A DNA stretch of 64,000 nt from the NCBI GenBank assembly GCA_964644245.1, contig CAZXUR010000002.1:10555-74554 (forward strand), given 5' to 3'. This DNA is from an uncultured archaeon. Lineage in GTDB: Archaea; Aenigmatarchaeota; Aenigmatarchaeia; CAZXUR01. The notes beneath the pieces are model-generated. The model did not search any database and was not told where the DNA came from. It worked only from the letters and a program-made list of their open reading frames with translations. Position numbers and translations under genes: made by a program. Positions 53,367 to 62,564 of this stretch are shown here, one piece after another; within the stretch, counting starts at the first letter, position 1, and each line of letters starts with the position of its first letter.

Positions 53367-53598
53367 GGGGGGTATAGAAAATGTGAATTACGGATGGAAA
53401 AAAGGTGAAATTCACATCCCTTCAGACCCAATTAAAATGAAACTTTAACCCACTTTCGTGAAGTTCATTTTTGGTAAAAAAAGGAAAAAGTTCCACTGGA
53501 AACGGACGGGTGCGCAAAACCCGTTTTTACGGGTCTTGAGGAAATTCACATTTCCCTTCAGAATTCATAGAAAATATTCCTTTGTGTGTGAATTTCAC
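53367..53598. repeat. Second cluster of GTGAA-N-TTCAC-type boxes
   Basis: GTGAAATTCAC at 53405-53415, GTGAAGTTCAT at 53458-53468, GTGAATTTCAC at 53588-53598. Direct repeat GAAATTCACAT..CCCTTCAGA at 53407-53426 and 53541-53562. G-string at 53367-53372. Confidence 0.7.
53490..53503. promoter_or_regulatory. Mini-ORB-like element GTTCCACTGGAAAC
   Basis: The 14-mer is nearly the reverse complement of the archaeal mini-ORB core as I recall it (GTTCCAGTGGAAAC). It is followed by GGACGGGTG. Confidence 0.5.
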
Positions 53599-54776
53599 AG
53601 TGTGAAGTAAGCGATGGTTGGTAATATCAGGACCCCCATCATGAAGGACTTCCTCACACCGATGTTGATGCAGAAAAGCCCTATAGAAAGCGCAATCAGA
53701 CTCAGGAACACGCCGAACAGACCGTTGAATATGTAGACCAGGACAATGACCAGGAAAAAAACCAGGCTACACAGTAAACGATAGTTTATTCTGGTGATGA
53801 TTTTTAGGGAGACTTTGGACAACCACACGGTTGAAAGGGCGGCCAGACCCACTGACAGCAAGGAAACAGCGAGAAGGAGCAGGAGCTCGGGCATCCCCAC
53901 ATCCATCAATCCACCCACCACTATGGCCGCGCCGCTCCTGGGATTTCCTATCAGGAAAAGTGCTAGAAAGGAGAACACTATGTCAGCGGTGTTCACCCCA
54001 CCTATGGACATCAAGAACTCAGTGGTCTTCTTGCTCTTCCCGATTTCCTTTGCGAATACTGTTGCTTGGGCCGAGCCGATTCCGGGAAGCAGACCTGCTA
54101 TAAGCCCTGCTGCGCCCCCAATCAGAGAAGCCTTTCCGAACGATTTTTTATCCACCTTCAGTACTTCTGTCTTCTGTTCAGGCAATACGTTCCTTTGGGA
54201 GAATGATGTGTAGAGGAGTGGCAGGCCGAATAAACCACTGAGGAGCGGGAACAGGGATTTGGATGATATCTCCAACGCCAAATATCCCAAAGCACCAGAC
54301 AGGAACAGCACCATTCCAGAGCCCCACCTGTTCTTGGAGCGGTAGAGCATATATACCACCACTCCCATCAGTAGCAGGTGAGTGTTGGGCCTCAAAATTT
54401 CGTAGACAGGAGGGACCAAGAACATCACCACGGGCAGTGCAAAAAGACAAAAGAGAAAACTTCCCACACCTCCCATGACTGTCAGGACCACAGCCTGATG
54501 CCCCAGACCTTTCAGTAACATCCTGTGTCCGGGCAGGACGGAAAGCGCAGAGTCGCCCTCCGGTGCACCCAGATAAATGGACGGGATAAAGTTCACGAAA
54601 GAGTTGACCACTGAACAGGAAACTATCAGGGAGACCAACGGGATTGTTGGGAGTCCCAACCCGATGCCCAGACTAGAAACCATGATTGCGATGGTGTTAG
54701 GGTGCAGTCCTGGAATCAAGCCGGCTATTACCCCCAAAAAGAAGCCCAGAAGAATGTAGGAAAGTACTAAAAACAT
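53595..54776 (-). CDS. TctA-family (DUF112) permease-like membrane protein
   Basis: 393 aa and polytopic. Motifs GLIPGLHPNT and GLLPGIGSAQATV. Confidence 0.5.
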   Translation of the reverse strand: MFLVLSYILLGFFLGVIAGLIPGLHPNTIAIMVSSLGIGLGLPTIPLVSLIVSCSVVNSFVNFIPSIYLGAPEGDSALSVLPGHRMLLKGLGHQAVVLTVMGGVGSFLFCLFALPVVMFLVPPVYEILRPNTHLLLMGVVVYMLYRSKNRWGSGMVLFLSGALGYLALEISSKSLFPLLSGLFGLPLLYTSFSQRNVLPEQKTEVLKVDKKSFGKASLIGGAAGLIAGLLPGIGSAQATVFAKEIGKSKKTTEFLMSIGGVNTADIVFSFLALFLIGNPRSGAAIVVGGLMDVGMPELLLLLAVSLLSVGLAALSTVWLSKVSLKIITRINYRLLCSLVFFLVIVLVYIFNGLFGVFLSLIALSIGLFCINIGVRKSFMMGVLILPTIAYFTL

Positions 54777-54805
54777 TAATAAGTATTGTTGGTAATTAAT
54801 TTAAG

Positions 54806-55120
54806 ATGAAAATGTTGAACCAGAAGAAAATCAACAAAATGATGAAACAGATGGGCATGAAGATGGAAGAGATAGACGCCAGTGAAGTGGTCATCAAGAC
54901 TGCTGACAAGAACTTGGTGATAAAGAACCCAGAAGTTTCCAAGGTGAACATGATGGGAAGGGAAACCTTCCAAGTAGTCGGTGAAGTCACCGAGAAAGCA
55001 GACGAAGAAGACATAAAGACAATCATGGAACAGACTGGCTGCGGGAAGGAAAAGGCTGAAAAAGCCTTGGAAAATGAGAAGGACCTGGCCAAGGCCATTC
55101 TAAAGATAAAGGGGAAATGA
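54806..55120 (+). CDS. nac: Nascent polypeptide-associated complex protein (NAC, with UBA domain)
   Basis: KMMKQMGMKMEEIDASEVVIKT...NMMGRETFQVVGE, plus C-terminal IMEQTGCGKEKAEKALENEKDLAKAI. Confidence 0.85.
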   Translation: MKMLNQKKINKMMKQMGMKMEEIDASEVVIKTADKNLVIKNPEVSKVNMMGRETFQVVGEVTEKADEEDIKTIMEQTGCGKEKAEKALENEKDLAKAILKIKGK

Positions 55121-55285
55121 ATGGGAAAAGTTCTCTCTGATAAGTACAGGTGCAGTGTTTGTCACAAACCCATAAGGGGCCAATATTTCAAGTGCGATAA
55201 CTGCAAGCAAATTGTTTGCAGAAAGTGCATAGTAAAATCAGGAGATAAAAAACTCTGTACGGACTGTGCCAAAGGCATGTCCTAA
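55121..55285 (+). CDS. 54-aa zinc-binding protein with four CxxC pairs
   Basis: Below the track's size cut-off. My translation is MGKVLSDKYRCSVCHKPIRGQYFKCDNCKQIVCRKCIVKSGDKKLCTDCAKGMS. The ATG directly abuts the NAC stop codon. Confidence 0.5.
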   Translation: MGKVLSDKYRCSVCHKPIRGQYFKCDNCKQIVCRKCIVKSGDKKLCTDCAKGMS

Positions 55286-55635
55286 AGCAGTTTCTCTAGC
55301 AGTTCTCTTTCACGTTCGCCCAGGCTTTCGAGACTTGTTTTGCACTCCATGAACTCCCTGTCGTCTTGTAGGAGACTCAGTAGTTCGTTCAGTTCACGTG
55401 TATGTTCTGGGCCGGTTTTGCCGGCCGGCTTTTCGCTGTATATGTCTCCATTCGTACTGAAAATTTCGTAAGAGTTCCCGTTGGGCACGTAAGACCTGGT
55501 GGTCAGCTGCTTGCTGCCGAAGGCATTTGCAGTCTGTCCAGGCTCGTAACTGAGTTCTCCCCTGGGGACCAGCCAGGTAACATTGTCTCGACGAACGATA
55601 ATCAAGCCGTATTTTTCAGGTATAAAAAGACCCAT
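55282..55635 (-). CDS. Hypothetical protein
   Basis: 117-aa ORF of non-repetitive composition. Confidence 0.4.
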   Translation of the reverse strand: MGLFIPEKYGLIIVRRDNVTWLVPRGELSYEPGQTANAFGSKQLTTRSYVPNGNSYEIFSTNGDIYSEKPAGKTGPEHTRELNELLSLLQDDREFMECKTSLESLGERERELLEKLL

Positions 55636-55679
55636 ATATAATTGGTTAAGCTTTTATTTAAATTTTTCCTAATATAGAC

Positions 55680-56489
55680 ATGAAAAACATATCCGTGACA
55701 AAGTTCAGCGGTAAAAAAGAACCGTACCAGAGAAAAAAGATTCTCCGTACCTGCATGAGGACAGGACTTTCAAGGAACAAGGCAGAAAAAATTGTTGACA
55801 AAGTCGAAAGTAAACTGTACGATGGGATAACCACCAAGAAAATACTGAATATGACACTGAATCTTCTGGAGAAAGAGGACACTTCCTACTACTCCAAATA
55901 CGGGCTTAGACAGGCTCTTTCCGAACTCAGGCCGGACTATCACAACTTTGAGAAATTCGTCCAGTCCCTCTTCCGCCTCCAGGGCTACGACACCAAATGG
56001 GACCAGATAATACAGGGGAAATGCATAGAGCATCAGATAGACGTCATAGCAAGCAAGGAACAGACGATACTCATAGAGTGCAAACACCACAAGAATCCCC
56101 ACCGGTTCTGCGGCCTGGGAGACATACTTCAGAACTGGGCCAGGTTCATGGACATCCGTGACAAGACCGACAAGTACCAGAACATATGCGTACTCACAAA
56201 CACCAAGTTCTCTGCCCATGCCATGAGATTCGCAAAACCCAAGGGAATGATGCTGATAGGATGGGGGCATCCGAAGAACAAAGGACTGGAGACCATGATA
56301 GATAGGAAGAGTTTTTACCCGGTTACCGCGCTCAAGATATCCAAAAAGAGCAAGAACATACTACTCAAGAACGGCATCATCCAAATATTCCAGGTAATAG
56401 AGGAAGGGGACAAGTTAAAAAAGTTTTTCAGTAAAAGTACTGTAAACAAAATGCAGAGACAGGCAGAGAAGTTGTGTAAAAATGTATGA
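55680..56489 (+). CDS. ATP-cone domain fused to a Mrr-like (PD-(D/E)xK) restriction-endonuclease domain
   Basis: N-terminal VTKFSGKKEPYQRKKILRTCMRTGLS...KLYDGITTKKI (ATP-cone). Then FEKFVQSLFRLQGYDT...IDVIASKEQTILIECKHH (Mrr_cat-like). Confidence 0.6.
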   Translation: MKNISVTKFSGKKEPYQRKKILRTCMRTGLSRNKAEKIVDKVESKLYDGITTKKILNMTLNLLEKEDTSYYSKYGLRQALSELRPDYHNFEKFVQSLFRLQGYDTKWDQIIQGKCIEHQIDVIASKEQTILIECKHHKNPHRFCGLGDILQNWARFMDIRDKTDKYQNICVLTNTKFSAHAMRFAKPKGMMLIGWGHPKNKGLETMIDRKSFYPVTALKISKKSKNILLKNGIIQIFQVIEEGDKLKKFFSKSTVNKMQRQAEKLCKNV

Positions 56490-57390
56490 TTTGATAATAG
56501 TGGGCGGGGGACCGGCAGGACTTTCGGCAGGCATATTTGCAGGAAGGAACGGTCTGAAGACGTTGATACTGGACGATCCCCAGAAGCCGTCACAAATGAG
56601 TTATGCGACAGTGCTAGAAAACTATCCGGGAATCAAGGAGACCACCGGACCCAAACTACTTGAAGACATGAGGGAGCACGCAAAGTCAGTGGGTTGTGAA
56701 TATCGCGCCCAACCGGTGCTTGATTTTAGTCTGAAAAAGAAGACCAAGACAGTCAAGACCGGAGACCGGCATTATAAGTGCAAGGCAGTGATAATAGCCA
56801 CCGGTGCTCAGCACAGGAAGGCAGGGGTTCCCGGAGAGGACAGTTTGCTGGGGAAGGGGGTTTCCTACTGTCCTACATGTGACGCTCCTTTGTTCAAGGA
56901 CAAGAGGGTCTTTGTCATAGGAGGGAGCAATGCAGCCGCATTGGGGGCCCTGCAGCTCAAGGACGCCGGAGCTCGGGTCAAAATCGTGCACCGGAGGGAT
57001 AAACTGAGAGCAGAACACGTTTGGGCAAAGAGACTGAAGGAAGAGAAAATACCAGTGATATGGGACTCGGTCTTGAAGGAAATAAAGGGAAAGAAGAAGG
57101 TGGAGAGTGTCGTCCTGAAGAACAAGAAGACCGGGGAGAAAAAAGGACTGGATGTGGATGGTGTTTTCGTAACTATAGGACAGGTCCCCACCACTGACCT
57201 GGCTGAAAAAGCCGGGGTCAAGACAGTCAAAAAACACATAAAAACTGACCGGTACAGGAGGACCAACATCAAAGGAGTGTTCACAGCCGGTGACGTACAT
57301 CAGTGCCCCTGTAAACAAGTGATAGTAGCGGCTGCTTCGGGAGCAGTGGCAGCCACGTCTGCCTATCAATATCTGAAGGAATCAAAATGA
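56482..57390 (+). CDS. trxB: Thioredoxin reductase
   Basis: FAD fold YDLIIVGGGPAGLSAG. Redox CxxC CPTCDAPLF. NADPH fold VIGGSNAAA. Confidence 0.85.
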   Translation: MYDLIIVGGGPAGLSAGIFAGRNGLKTLILDDPQKPSQMSYATVLENYPGIKETTGPKLLEDMREHAKSVGCEYRAQPVLDFSLKKKTKTVKTGDRHYKCKAVIIATGAQHRKAGVPGEDSLLGKGVSYCPTCDAPLFKDKRVFVIGGSNAAALGALQLKDAGARVKIVHRRDKLRAEHVWAKRLKEEKIPVIWDSVLKEIKGKKKVESVVLKNKKTGEKKGLDVDGVFVTIGQVPTTDLAEKAGVKTVKKHIKTDRYRRTNIKGVFTAGDVHQCPCKQVIVAAASGAVAATSAYQYLKESK

Positions 57391-57836
57391 AGAACTCGAC
57401 AAAAAAGACCATATTTTCCCTTTTTGTAGCCATGTTCATGCTTTCTTCCATCCTCTTCTACGGAAGCCGGGGTGTTTCCGGAGGAACTGAAATGCAGACG
57501 CCCGACCGGCTGATATATACGGAGGAACTTCCTGAAGAAACCGAGACTGCGTTCATAAGACAGGGGTTCACAATCGCCAAGTACTACTACCCTCCCATGT
57601 GCGTTGATTGCGGGCCTTTCGTACAGAAACTGGAGAGCACCGTGATGAACGAACTGGACAATCAAATGATACTGGAAAAGATGGAAGCGGAGAATTTCAA
57701 CAAGACATTGCCTTACATGAAGTTGAAAAGCGTGAAGTCCGTAGAAGAGATAGAGGGATTGGAGAACATGACACAATTCTACGAAAAAGCGTGCCTGGTG
57801 TTGCTCCAGCCGCCTACGGATTGCGTTCTAGTCTGA
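57387..57836 (+). CDS. Membrane-anchored CxxC protein (possible thioredoxin-fold partner of TrxB)
   Basis: 149 aa. N-terminal TM helix. Motif YYYPPMCVDCGPFVQ. ATGA overlap with trxB. Confidence 0.35.
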   Translation: MKNSTKKTIFSLFVAMFMLSSILFYGSRGVSGGTEMQTPDRLIYTEELPEETETAFIRQGFTIAKYYYPPMCVDCGPFVQKLESTVMNELDNQMILEKMEAENFNKTLPYMKLKSVKSVEEIEGLENMTQFYEKACLVLLQPPTDCVLV

Positions 57837-57925
57837 CTCCTTTTTGAATCTCCTTATAGTCTTGAGCAACTGGCCCTCTTCAACCCCCAGTTCTCTGGCT
57901 GCCTTTTTCAGGAGCAACAATTCCT

Positions 57926-60562
57926 TCATATTTTCTTGACCACCTTTTTCAAATCAGGTTCCTGCTTGTAAATACCCTGTCCTATTTTCTTGGAGCCGCC
58001 TCCCTTGCCTCCCAGTTCCGAGCAGATTTTCTTGACCACCTTCCCCATGTTTTTTCTTTGGCTGTAACCGAACACGTTCTTTTCTCCGAAAAGGAGAACC
58101 GTGTCCCATTCCTCAGACAACTGCCTTACCATTGCTTTGAGCGTCTTGGCATCAACATCGACCTTGCCCACCAGTTTTTTTCCTTCAGTCTCGGACTCCA
58201 CGTCTTTTATCAGTTCTTTTGCTTCCTTTTTCCTCTTCTTCCGTTTATCCTTCCTGGAGGACTTCCACTTTTTGAACAGTTCACTGGCCTTCTTGACTAT
58301 CTCTCCCTCCTTGCAGCCAAGTTCCTCAGCCACTTCCTTCAGCAGTTTTCTCTTTTCTTTTAGCACTTCTTTGGCGCGTTTTCCGGAGACAAATGTAAGT
58401 CTCACCACACCATCCTGTACCCTTTCAGTGGAGAGTATCAGTATGAGTCCTACTTCTCCGGTCCTGGAGCAGTGGGTGCCGCCGCAAGCTTCGTGGTCTT
58501 CTCCTATGGAAACTATCCTAAGTTCCTTTCCTGGAACTGCCCCGCCCTGGTATATGTGAAAACCGTACTTCTCCTCTGCCTTGCTTCTGTCCATACTCTC
58601 TTTTTTTATCTTGAGGTCCCTGTTTACTATGTCATTGGCTACAGATTCTATCTTCTCCCTTTCTCGGTCTTCCAGTCCCCTGTAATGGGTCATGTCCAGA
58701 TGAGCGATTTTCTCCTCTTTTTTCGCACCTGCCTGGTTGATGTGGTTGCCCAGGACCTTCCTGGCAGCCAGGTTTACGATGTGAGTGGCGGTGTGGTGGT
58801 GTGTCAGTTGTTTTCTCCTTTCCCAGTCTATTTTTCCTTCTACTTTCTTCTTCTTCAGCCCCGGACACTTGTGCCCTATGGCCTTTCCGAACTTCTGTAC
58901 GTCCAGCACCTTCTTCCCGTTCAGCCAGCCCGAGTCAGCCTGTTGTCCGCCTGACTGGGGGTAGAAGGCAGTCCGGTCCAAGAACACCCAGTCTCCGACT
59001 TTCTTCACCACATCTGCCTTGAAATTCCTTATATTCATGTAGTAAAGGACTTTGGTCTCCGGGAGGTCCTTGGGCATCTTCTTCTTTACCTTTTTCTTTC
59101 CCCTCTTCTTTCCCTTCTTTTCGGTCTTTTCCAGGAGCGAGTAGAAATTGTCCGGTATTTCTATGTCTATTCCCTCTTCCTCAGCCACTTCCTCCACGGT
59201 TTCGGGGAGAATTCCGTGTGAATTGTACATCTCTACCAGGTCAGACGCAGACAACTTCTTCTTTATGGCTCTCTTCACTATTTTTCTTCCCCGTCTTTTG
59301 GTTTTCTTCCATCTCTCCTTTTCCACCTTTATTATTTCCCCTGTTTCTGTCTTCTTCACTTCCGGATACATCCTCCCAAATTCTCGTTTGTGCCTGTTGA
59401 TGACTTTTGTCACCTCCAGGTCCCAGCCGAATTCTTCTATGAGTGAGAAGCACCGTCTGAGTATGTATCTTAGGTTGTAGCCACCGCCCACGTTGCTGGG
59501 TAGTGCACCATCGGTCAAAGTCACCAGCAGCGAACGTGTATGGTCAGCTATGGAGTAGAGCGATTTCATGGGCTCTATCTTGTCATGCAAGTCCCTTTCT
59601 CCCATTTCTTTTGACAGCCTTCTCCAGTTCTTCTCTGGGTTTGTTTCGTCAACGTTGAAAGTGCCGGAGTGTTTGGAGAACTTCTTCCAAAGTATTTTCC
59701 TTTTCTTCACACCAGTCCTTTTCACCAGGTATCTCATCACCGAAGGAAAGACGACTTCGTAAGAGGTGGGAGTTCCCTGAGAAACCCAGGGGTAACGGTT
59801 CAGACCCGCGCCCATGTCTATGACCTTCACATCCAGAGGCTTCAGCGACCTGCTTCCCTGTTCATATTCAGTGTACACCTGATTGCCCAGTTCACACCCC
59901 CTGGTAAAGAACTCCAAGGAGGTCCCCAGCGCTCCTGAACCTGCCCATGCGTCTTCGTGGAACACTATTTCCTGGTCCGGAAGCCCGAACTTCTTTAACA
60001 ACTCGTATACGTACTCTATTCCCTTTTCTTTGAAGTAGACTTGATTGTCACGATAATTGAAGGCATGCTCTCCTATCATTACGAACCCAGAGTAATGTCT
60101 TCCGGAAAGGCCTATGTTGTCTATGTCGTTGAATCTCAGGCAGAACTGTGGTACGAGCAATGGGTTGGCAGGTGGTTTGACCTCTCCGGTGATTACGTAG
60201 GGATGAAAGTTGTCTATGGAAGCTTCAACGAACGGTATGTCTTCCCTCCACCGTGCCACCACCGGATAACGGTTTATGACTCGGTGGCCGAAGCCCTTGA
60301 ATACCCTCTTCCACAGATTCCACGATTTCTTGTAACCATACTTCTTTTTGGTGGGAGAATCGCCTATGAATCCGTAGGCGGCTTTTCCTGCTTTCTGCCT
60401 GCATTCGGGCTCTTCACAGTGCTCCCTTTCTCCTGACGACCAGAAGTGGTTCCCGCACTCACATCTTCTCCTAGAAAAGCCGAGTTTTTTGAGAGTTTCA
60501 GTTGGATAGTACTTATCTGGGTCCTTAGAAGCCTTCTTTTTTAGCCTTTTCTTCCAGTCCAT
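57926..60562 (-). CDS. alaS: Alanine--tRNA ligase
   Basis: Archaeal-type N-terminus MDWKKRL...GFSRRRCECGNHFWS. Editing-domain motifs HHHTATH and ACGGTHC. I prefer the ATG at 60562. The 1000-aa track ORF extends upstream into the next gene. Confidence 0.9.
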   Translation of the reverse strand: MDWKKRLKKKASKDPDKYYPTETLKKLGFSRRRCECGNHFWSSGEREHCEEPECRQKAGKAAYGFIGDSPTKKKYGYKKSWNLWKRVFKGFGHRVINRYPVVARWREDIPFVEASIDNFHPYVITGEVKPPANPLLVPQFCLRFNDIDNIGLSGRHYSGFVMIGEHAFNYRDNQVYFKEKGIEYVYELLKKFGLPDQEIVFHEDAWAGSGALGTSLEFFTRGCELGNQVYTEYEQGSRSLKPLDVKVIDMGAGLNRYPWVSQGTPTSYEVVFPSVMRYLVKRTGVKKRKILWKKFSKHSGTFNVDETNPEKNWRRLSKEMGERDLHDKIEPMKSLYSIADHTRSLLVTLTDGALPSNVGGGYNLRYILRRCFSLIEEFGWDLEVTKVINRHKREFGRMYPEVKKTETGEIIKVEKERWKKTKRRGRKIVKRAIKKKLSASDLVEMYNSHGILPETVEEVAEEEGIDIEIPDNFYSLLEKTEKKGKKRGKKKVKKKMPKDLPETKVLYYMNIRNFKADVVKKVGDWVFLDRTAFYPQSGGQQADSGWLNGKKVLDVQKFGKAIGHKCPGLKKKKVEGKIDWERRKQLTHHHTATHIVNLAARKVLGNHINQAGAKKEEKIAHLDMTHYRGLEDREREKIESVANDIVNRDLKIKKESMDRSKAEEKYGFHIYQGGAVPGKELRIVSIGEDHEACGGTHCSRTGEVGLILILSTERVQDGVVRLTFVSGKRAKEVLKEKRKLLKEVAEELGCKEGEIVKKASELFKKWKSSRKDKRKKRKKEAKELIKDVESETEGKKLVGKVDVDAKTLKAMVRQLSEEWDTVLLFGEKNVFGYSQRKNMGKVVKKICSELGGKGGGSKKIGQGIYKQEPDLKKVVKKI

Positions 60563-60613
60563 AAAAAATATTGAACTGAACAGATATAAATAGCCGGTGT
60601 CGCAACACCTTTT

Positions 60614-61087
60614 ATGCCCAAAGGACAGGGAGGAGGCGAGTATCTGTTCACTTTTATAGTGGCTCTGATAGTGATGCTGGCCGTTGGTTATGCCCTGTGG
60701 AACATGGGAATAATAGACCACTGTAGTTTTCAGAGGACGGGAAGTCTGGACCCGGAAAGTTTCCTTATCAAGGATTATCGTTTTTCCGGCTCTGACTCCA
60801 GCTCGCCAAACGAGTTTGAAATAGTCTTCCTTTCCAAATCCAGGAAGCCGATGAACGTTACCGGGATGAGAATCATGTCCGGTGACATCCTTTGCAACCA
60901 GACCGGTGCAGCTTCCTTTTCCAATCAATTGGCAAGTTACGGAGAAAAGTTCTCTGTGGACGGGATTTTCACCAAATGTAAGAGAAGGGTGGGTGACTGT
61001 TTGATGGTCACGTTAGAAATCAGATTCAAGACCAAGAACGGGCTGGAAAGGACAGAGACCGGGTCGATTGTGACCAGGGTTGAATGA
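60614..61087 (+). CDS. Archaeal type IV pilin-like protein (class III signal peptide)
   Basis: N-terminus MPKGQGGGEYLFTFIVALIVMLAVGYAL, a KGQ-type prepilin peptidase site followed by a hydrophobic helix. Confidence 0.5.
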   Translation: MPKGQGGGEYLFTFIVALIVMLAVGYALWNMGIIDHCSFQRTGSLDPESFLIKDYRFSGSDSSSPNEFEIVFLSKSRKPMNVTGMRIMSGDILCNQTGAASFSNQLASYGEKFSVDGIFTKCKRRVGDCLMVTLEIRFKTKNGLERTETGSIVTRVE

Positions 61088-61372
61088 TTACGAGATATAG
61101 TAGTTTTCTGTATTCTCCTCTTCTTCATCTTCCATGTCCTTTTTCACGCCTTTGATTTTTATCATTAGATGTCCTCCCTCTTCCTTGGGAAGTTTTTTGA
61201 CCTTTAGATATCTTTTCAGATATCCTTCTTTGGTCACGTATTTATGCACGGTCATGACCGGCTCATCCAACAGTCTGGCTAGCTTCCTGACCCAGAGCCC
61301 TTCCGGATGCTTCTTCAACTCTTCCAAAATCTTTTCAGAAAGTTCCCATCTTTCCGGGCCAGTCATAAACAC
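61088..61372 (-). CDS. Small winged-helix DNA-binding protein
   Basis: LEELKKHPEGLWVRKLARLLDEPVMTVHKYV, a paralogue of 43258-43569. Acidic tail. Confidence 0.55.
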   Translation of the reverse strand: MFMTGPERWELSEKILEELKKHPEGLWVRKLARLLDEPVMTVHKYVTKEGYLKRYLKVKKLPKEEGGHLMIKIKGVKKDMEDEEEENTENYYIS

Positions 61373-61416
61373 CTGTAACTACTTTTGTACGGAAGAATAT
61401 AAAGGTTGGAACTCTG

Positions 61417-61710
61417 TTAACCGAACAGCGTTCCTAGACCTTCAGCAGCTTCTTCCTTCTTCTCTTCTTTCTCTTCCTCTTTTTTCTTCTCGTCTTCCTT
61501 TCCTTTTTCCTTCTCGGGCTCTTTGGCAGCTGCTACCGGCTGTGCCTTTATGGCTTCTTCTATGTCAACTCCCTCCAAAGCAGCGGTCAGTGCCTTTAAC
61601 TGGGTCTTTTCTGGCTTTTCTCCAGTGGCCTTGACTACCTTCTTCAGAGAAGATTCATCTATCTTCTTTCCGGCAGAGTGCAGCAAAAGGGCTGCATAAA
61701 CATAATTCAT
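61417..61710 (-). CDS. rpl12: Ribosomal stalk protein P1 (L12)
   Basis: [19 protein letters not shown]..., an acidic/Lys linker, and C-terminal EGLGTLFG. Confidence 0.9.
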   Translation of the reverse strand: MNYVYAALLLHSAGKKIDESSLKKVVKATGEKPEKTQLKALTAALEGVDIEEAIKAQPVAAAKEPEKEKGKEDEKKKEEEKEEKKEEAAEGLGTLFG

Positions 61711-62564
61711 TTTTTAACCTCCTTTGATTTTTTCTTATCGTCTTTCTTCTCCTCTTCCTTTTCTTTCCCTTCCTCTTCCTCTTCCTCTTCCTTCTCCTCT
61801 CCTTTATCCTTTTCCACCAGTGACGAAAGGGCTTTGGCCTGTGAACAGGCGTTGGAAATCATATGGCGTATGTTATCCGAGGTTGGGATCCCCAGTTCTA
61901 TGGACAGTGCGAACGCGCTGGAAGCCGCTTCCTTCAGAGATTGCAACACGGATTCCTTGCTGATGCTCAGAGAGTCTTCCTTATAGATTGTACCTTTCTC
62001 GTATGCGGCTACCATCTTGAGGCCGATTTCCACCGGCTTTATGTCCAACATGGAAAGCACGTTTGCCAGTTCCTTGCTCACTTCATCCCCTTCCTTTCCG
62101 ATTACTTGTGAGGATTCTATCTTTATCTTACCGTCCTTTACACTGGTCTTGAGTCCCATCTTTTGCAGCTGTCCTATGGCCGGTCCGGCCGCTATGTCAG
62201 TAGGACCTTCCTTCACTTCCACGTCCCTGTCCAGTCTATCGCCTGTCTTTGCTCTGGCCGGAGTCCTGTTTTCCTGCAGTGTGTTAGAAAGCTTGAAAGG
62301 CCCGGTCTCAGAGAAAATCAGGGCGGGAATTTCTGCCATACTGTTTTTTAGTTTCTCTATATTTTTCTTACCGCTCTTCTCCAAGGCCCTGATTATGATA
62401 TTTTTCTTGTACATGCGTATGAGAGCCTTTTCCTTGAGTTGTTTCCTCATTTCCTGTAGTTGTGCAGAAGGCATGGATTTCATCTCCAGTATTCCTATCA
62501 CCGGATATTTGTCCATAAATTGGTTGAGTTCCTTGACCTGTTCCGCCTTCTTTTTGCTTACCAT
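61707..62564 (-). CDS. rplP0: Ribosomal protein P0 (uL10)
   Basis: I prefer the ATG at 62564 ([43 protein letters not shown]). Glu/Lys tail. 1-nt overlap with the L1 stop. Confidence 0.85.
   Translation of the reverse strand: MVSKKKAEQVKELNQFMDKYPVIGILEMKSMPSAQLQEMRKQLKEKALIRMYKKNIIIRALEKSGKKNIEKLKNSMAEIPALIFSETGPFKLSNTLQENRTPARAKTGDRLDRDVEVKEGPTDIAAGPAIGQLQKMGLKTSVKDGKIKIESSQVIGKEGDEVSKELANVLSMLDIKPVEIGLKMVAAYEKGTIYKEDSLSISKESVLQSLKEAASSAFALSIELGIPTSDNIRHMISNACSQAKALSSLVEKDKGEEKEEEEEEEGKEKEEEKKDDKKKSKEVKK

Noticed and set aside
57828-57929. 33-aa minus-strand ORF (MKELLLLKKAARELGVEEGQLLKTIRRFKKESD) with an ATGA overlap to the AlaRS stop
   Set aside because: It is too short to support without conservation data, and it overlaps the 3' end of the plus-strand gene 57387-57836. 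The HTH-like look could be chance.
60563-60928. N-terminal extension that turns AlaRS into a 1000-aa ORF
   Set aside because: The extension has no AlaRS similarity and overlaps the convergently read pilin-like gene 60614-61087. The internal ATG at 60562 gives the typical archaeal AlaRS N-terminus MDWKKRL.
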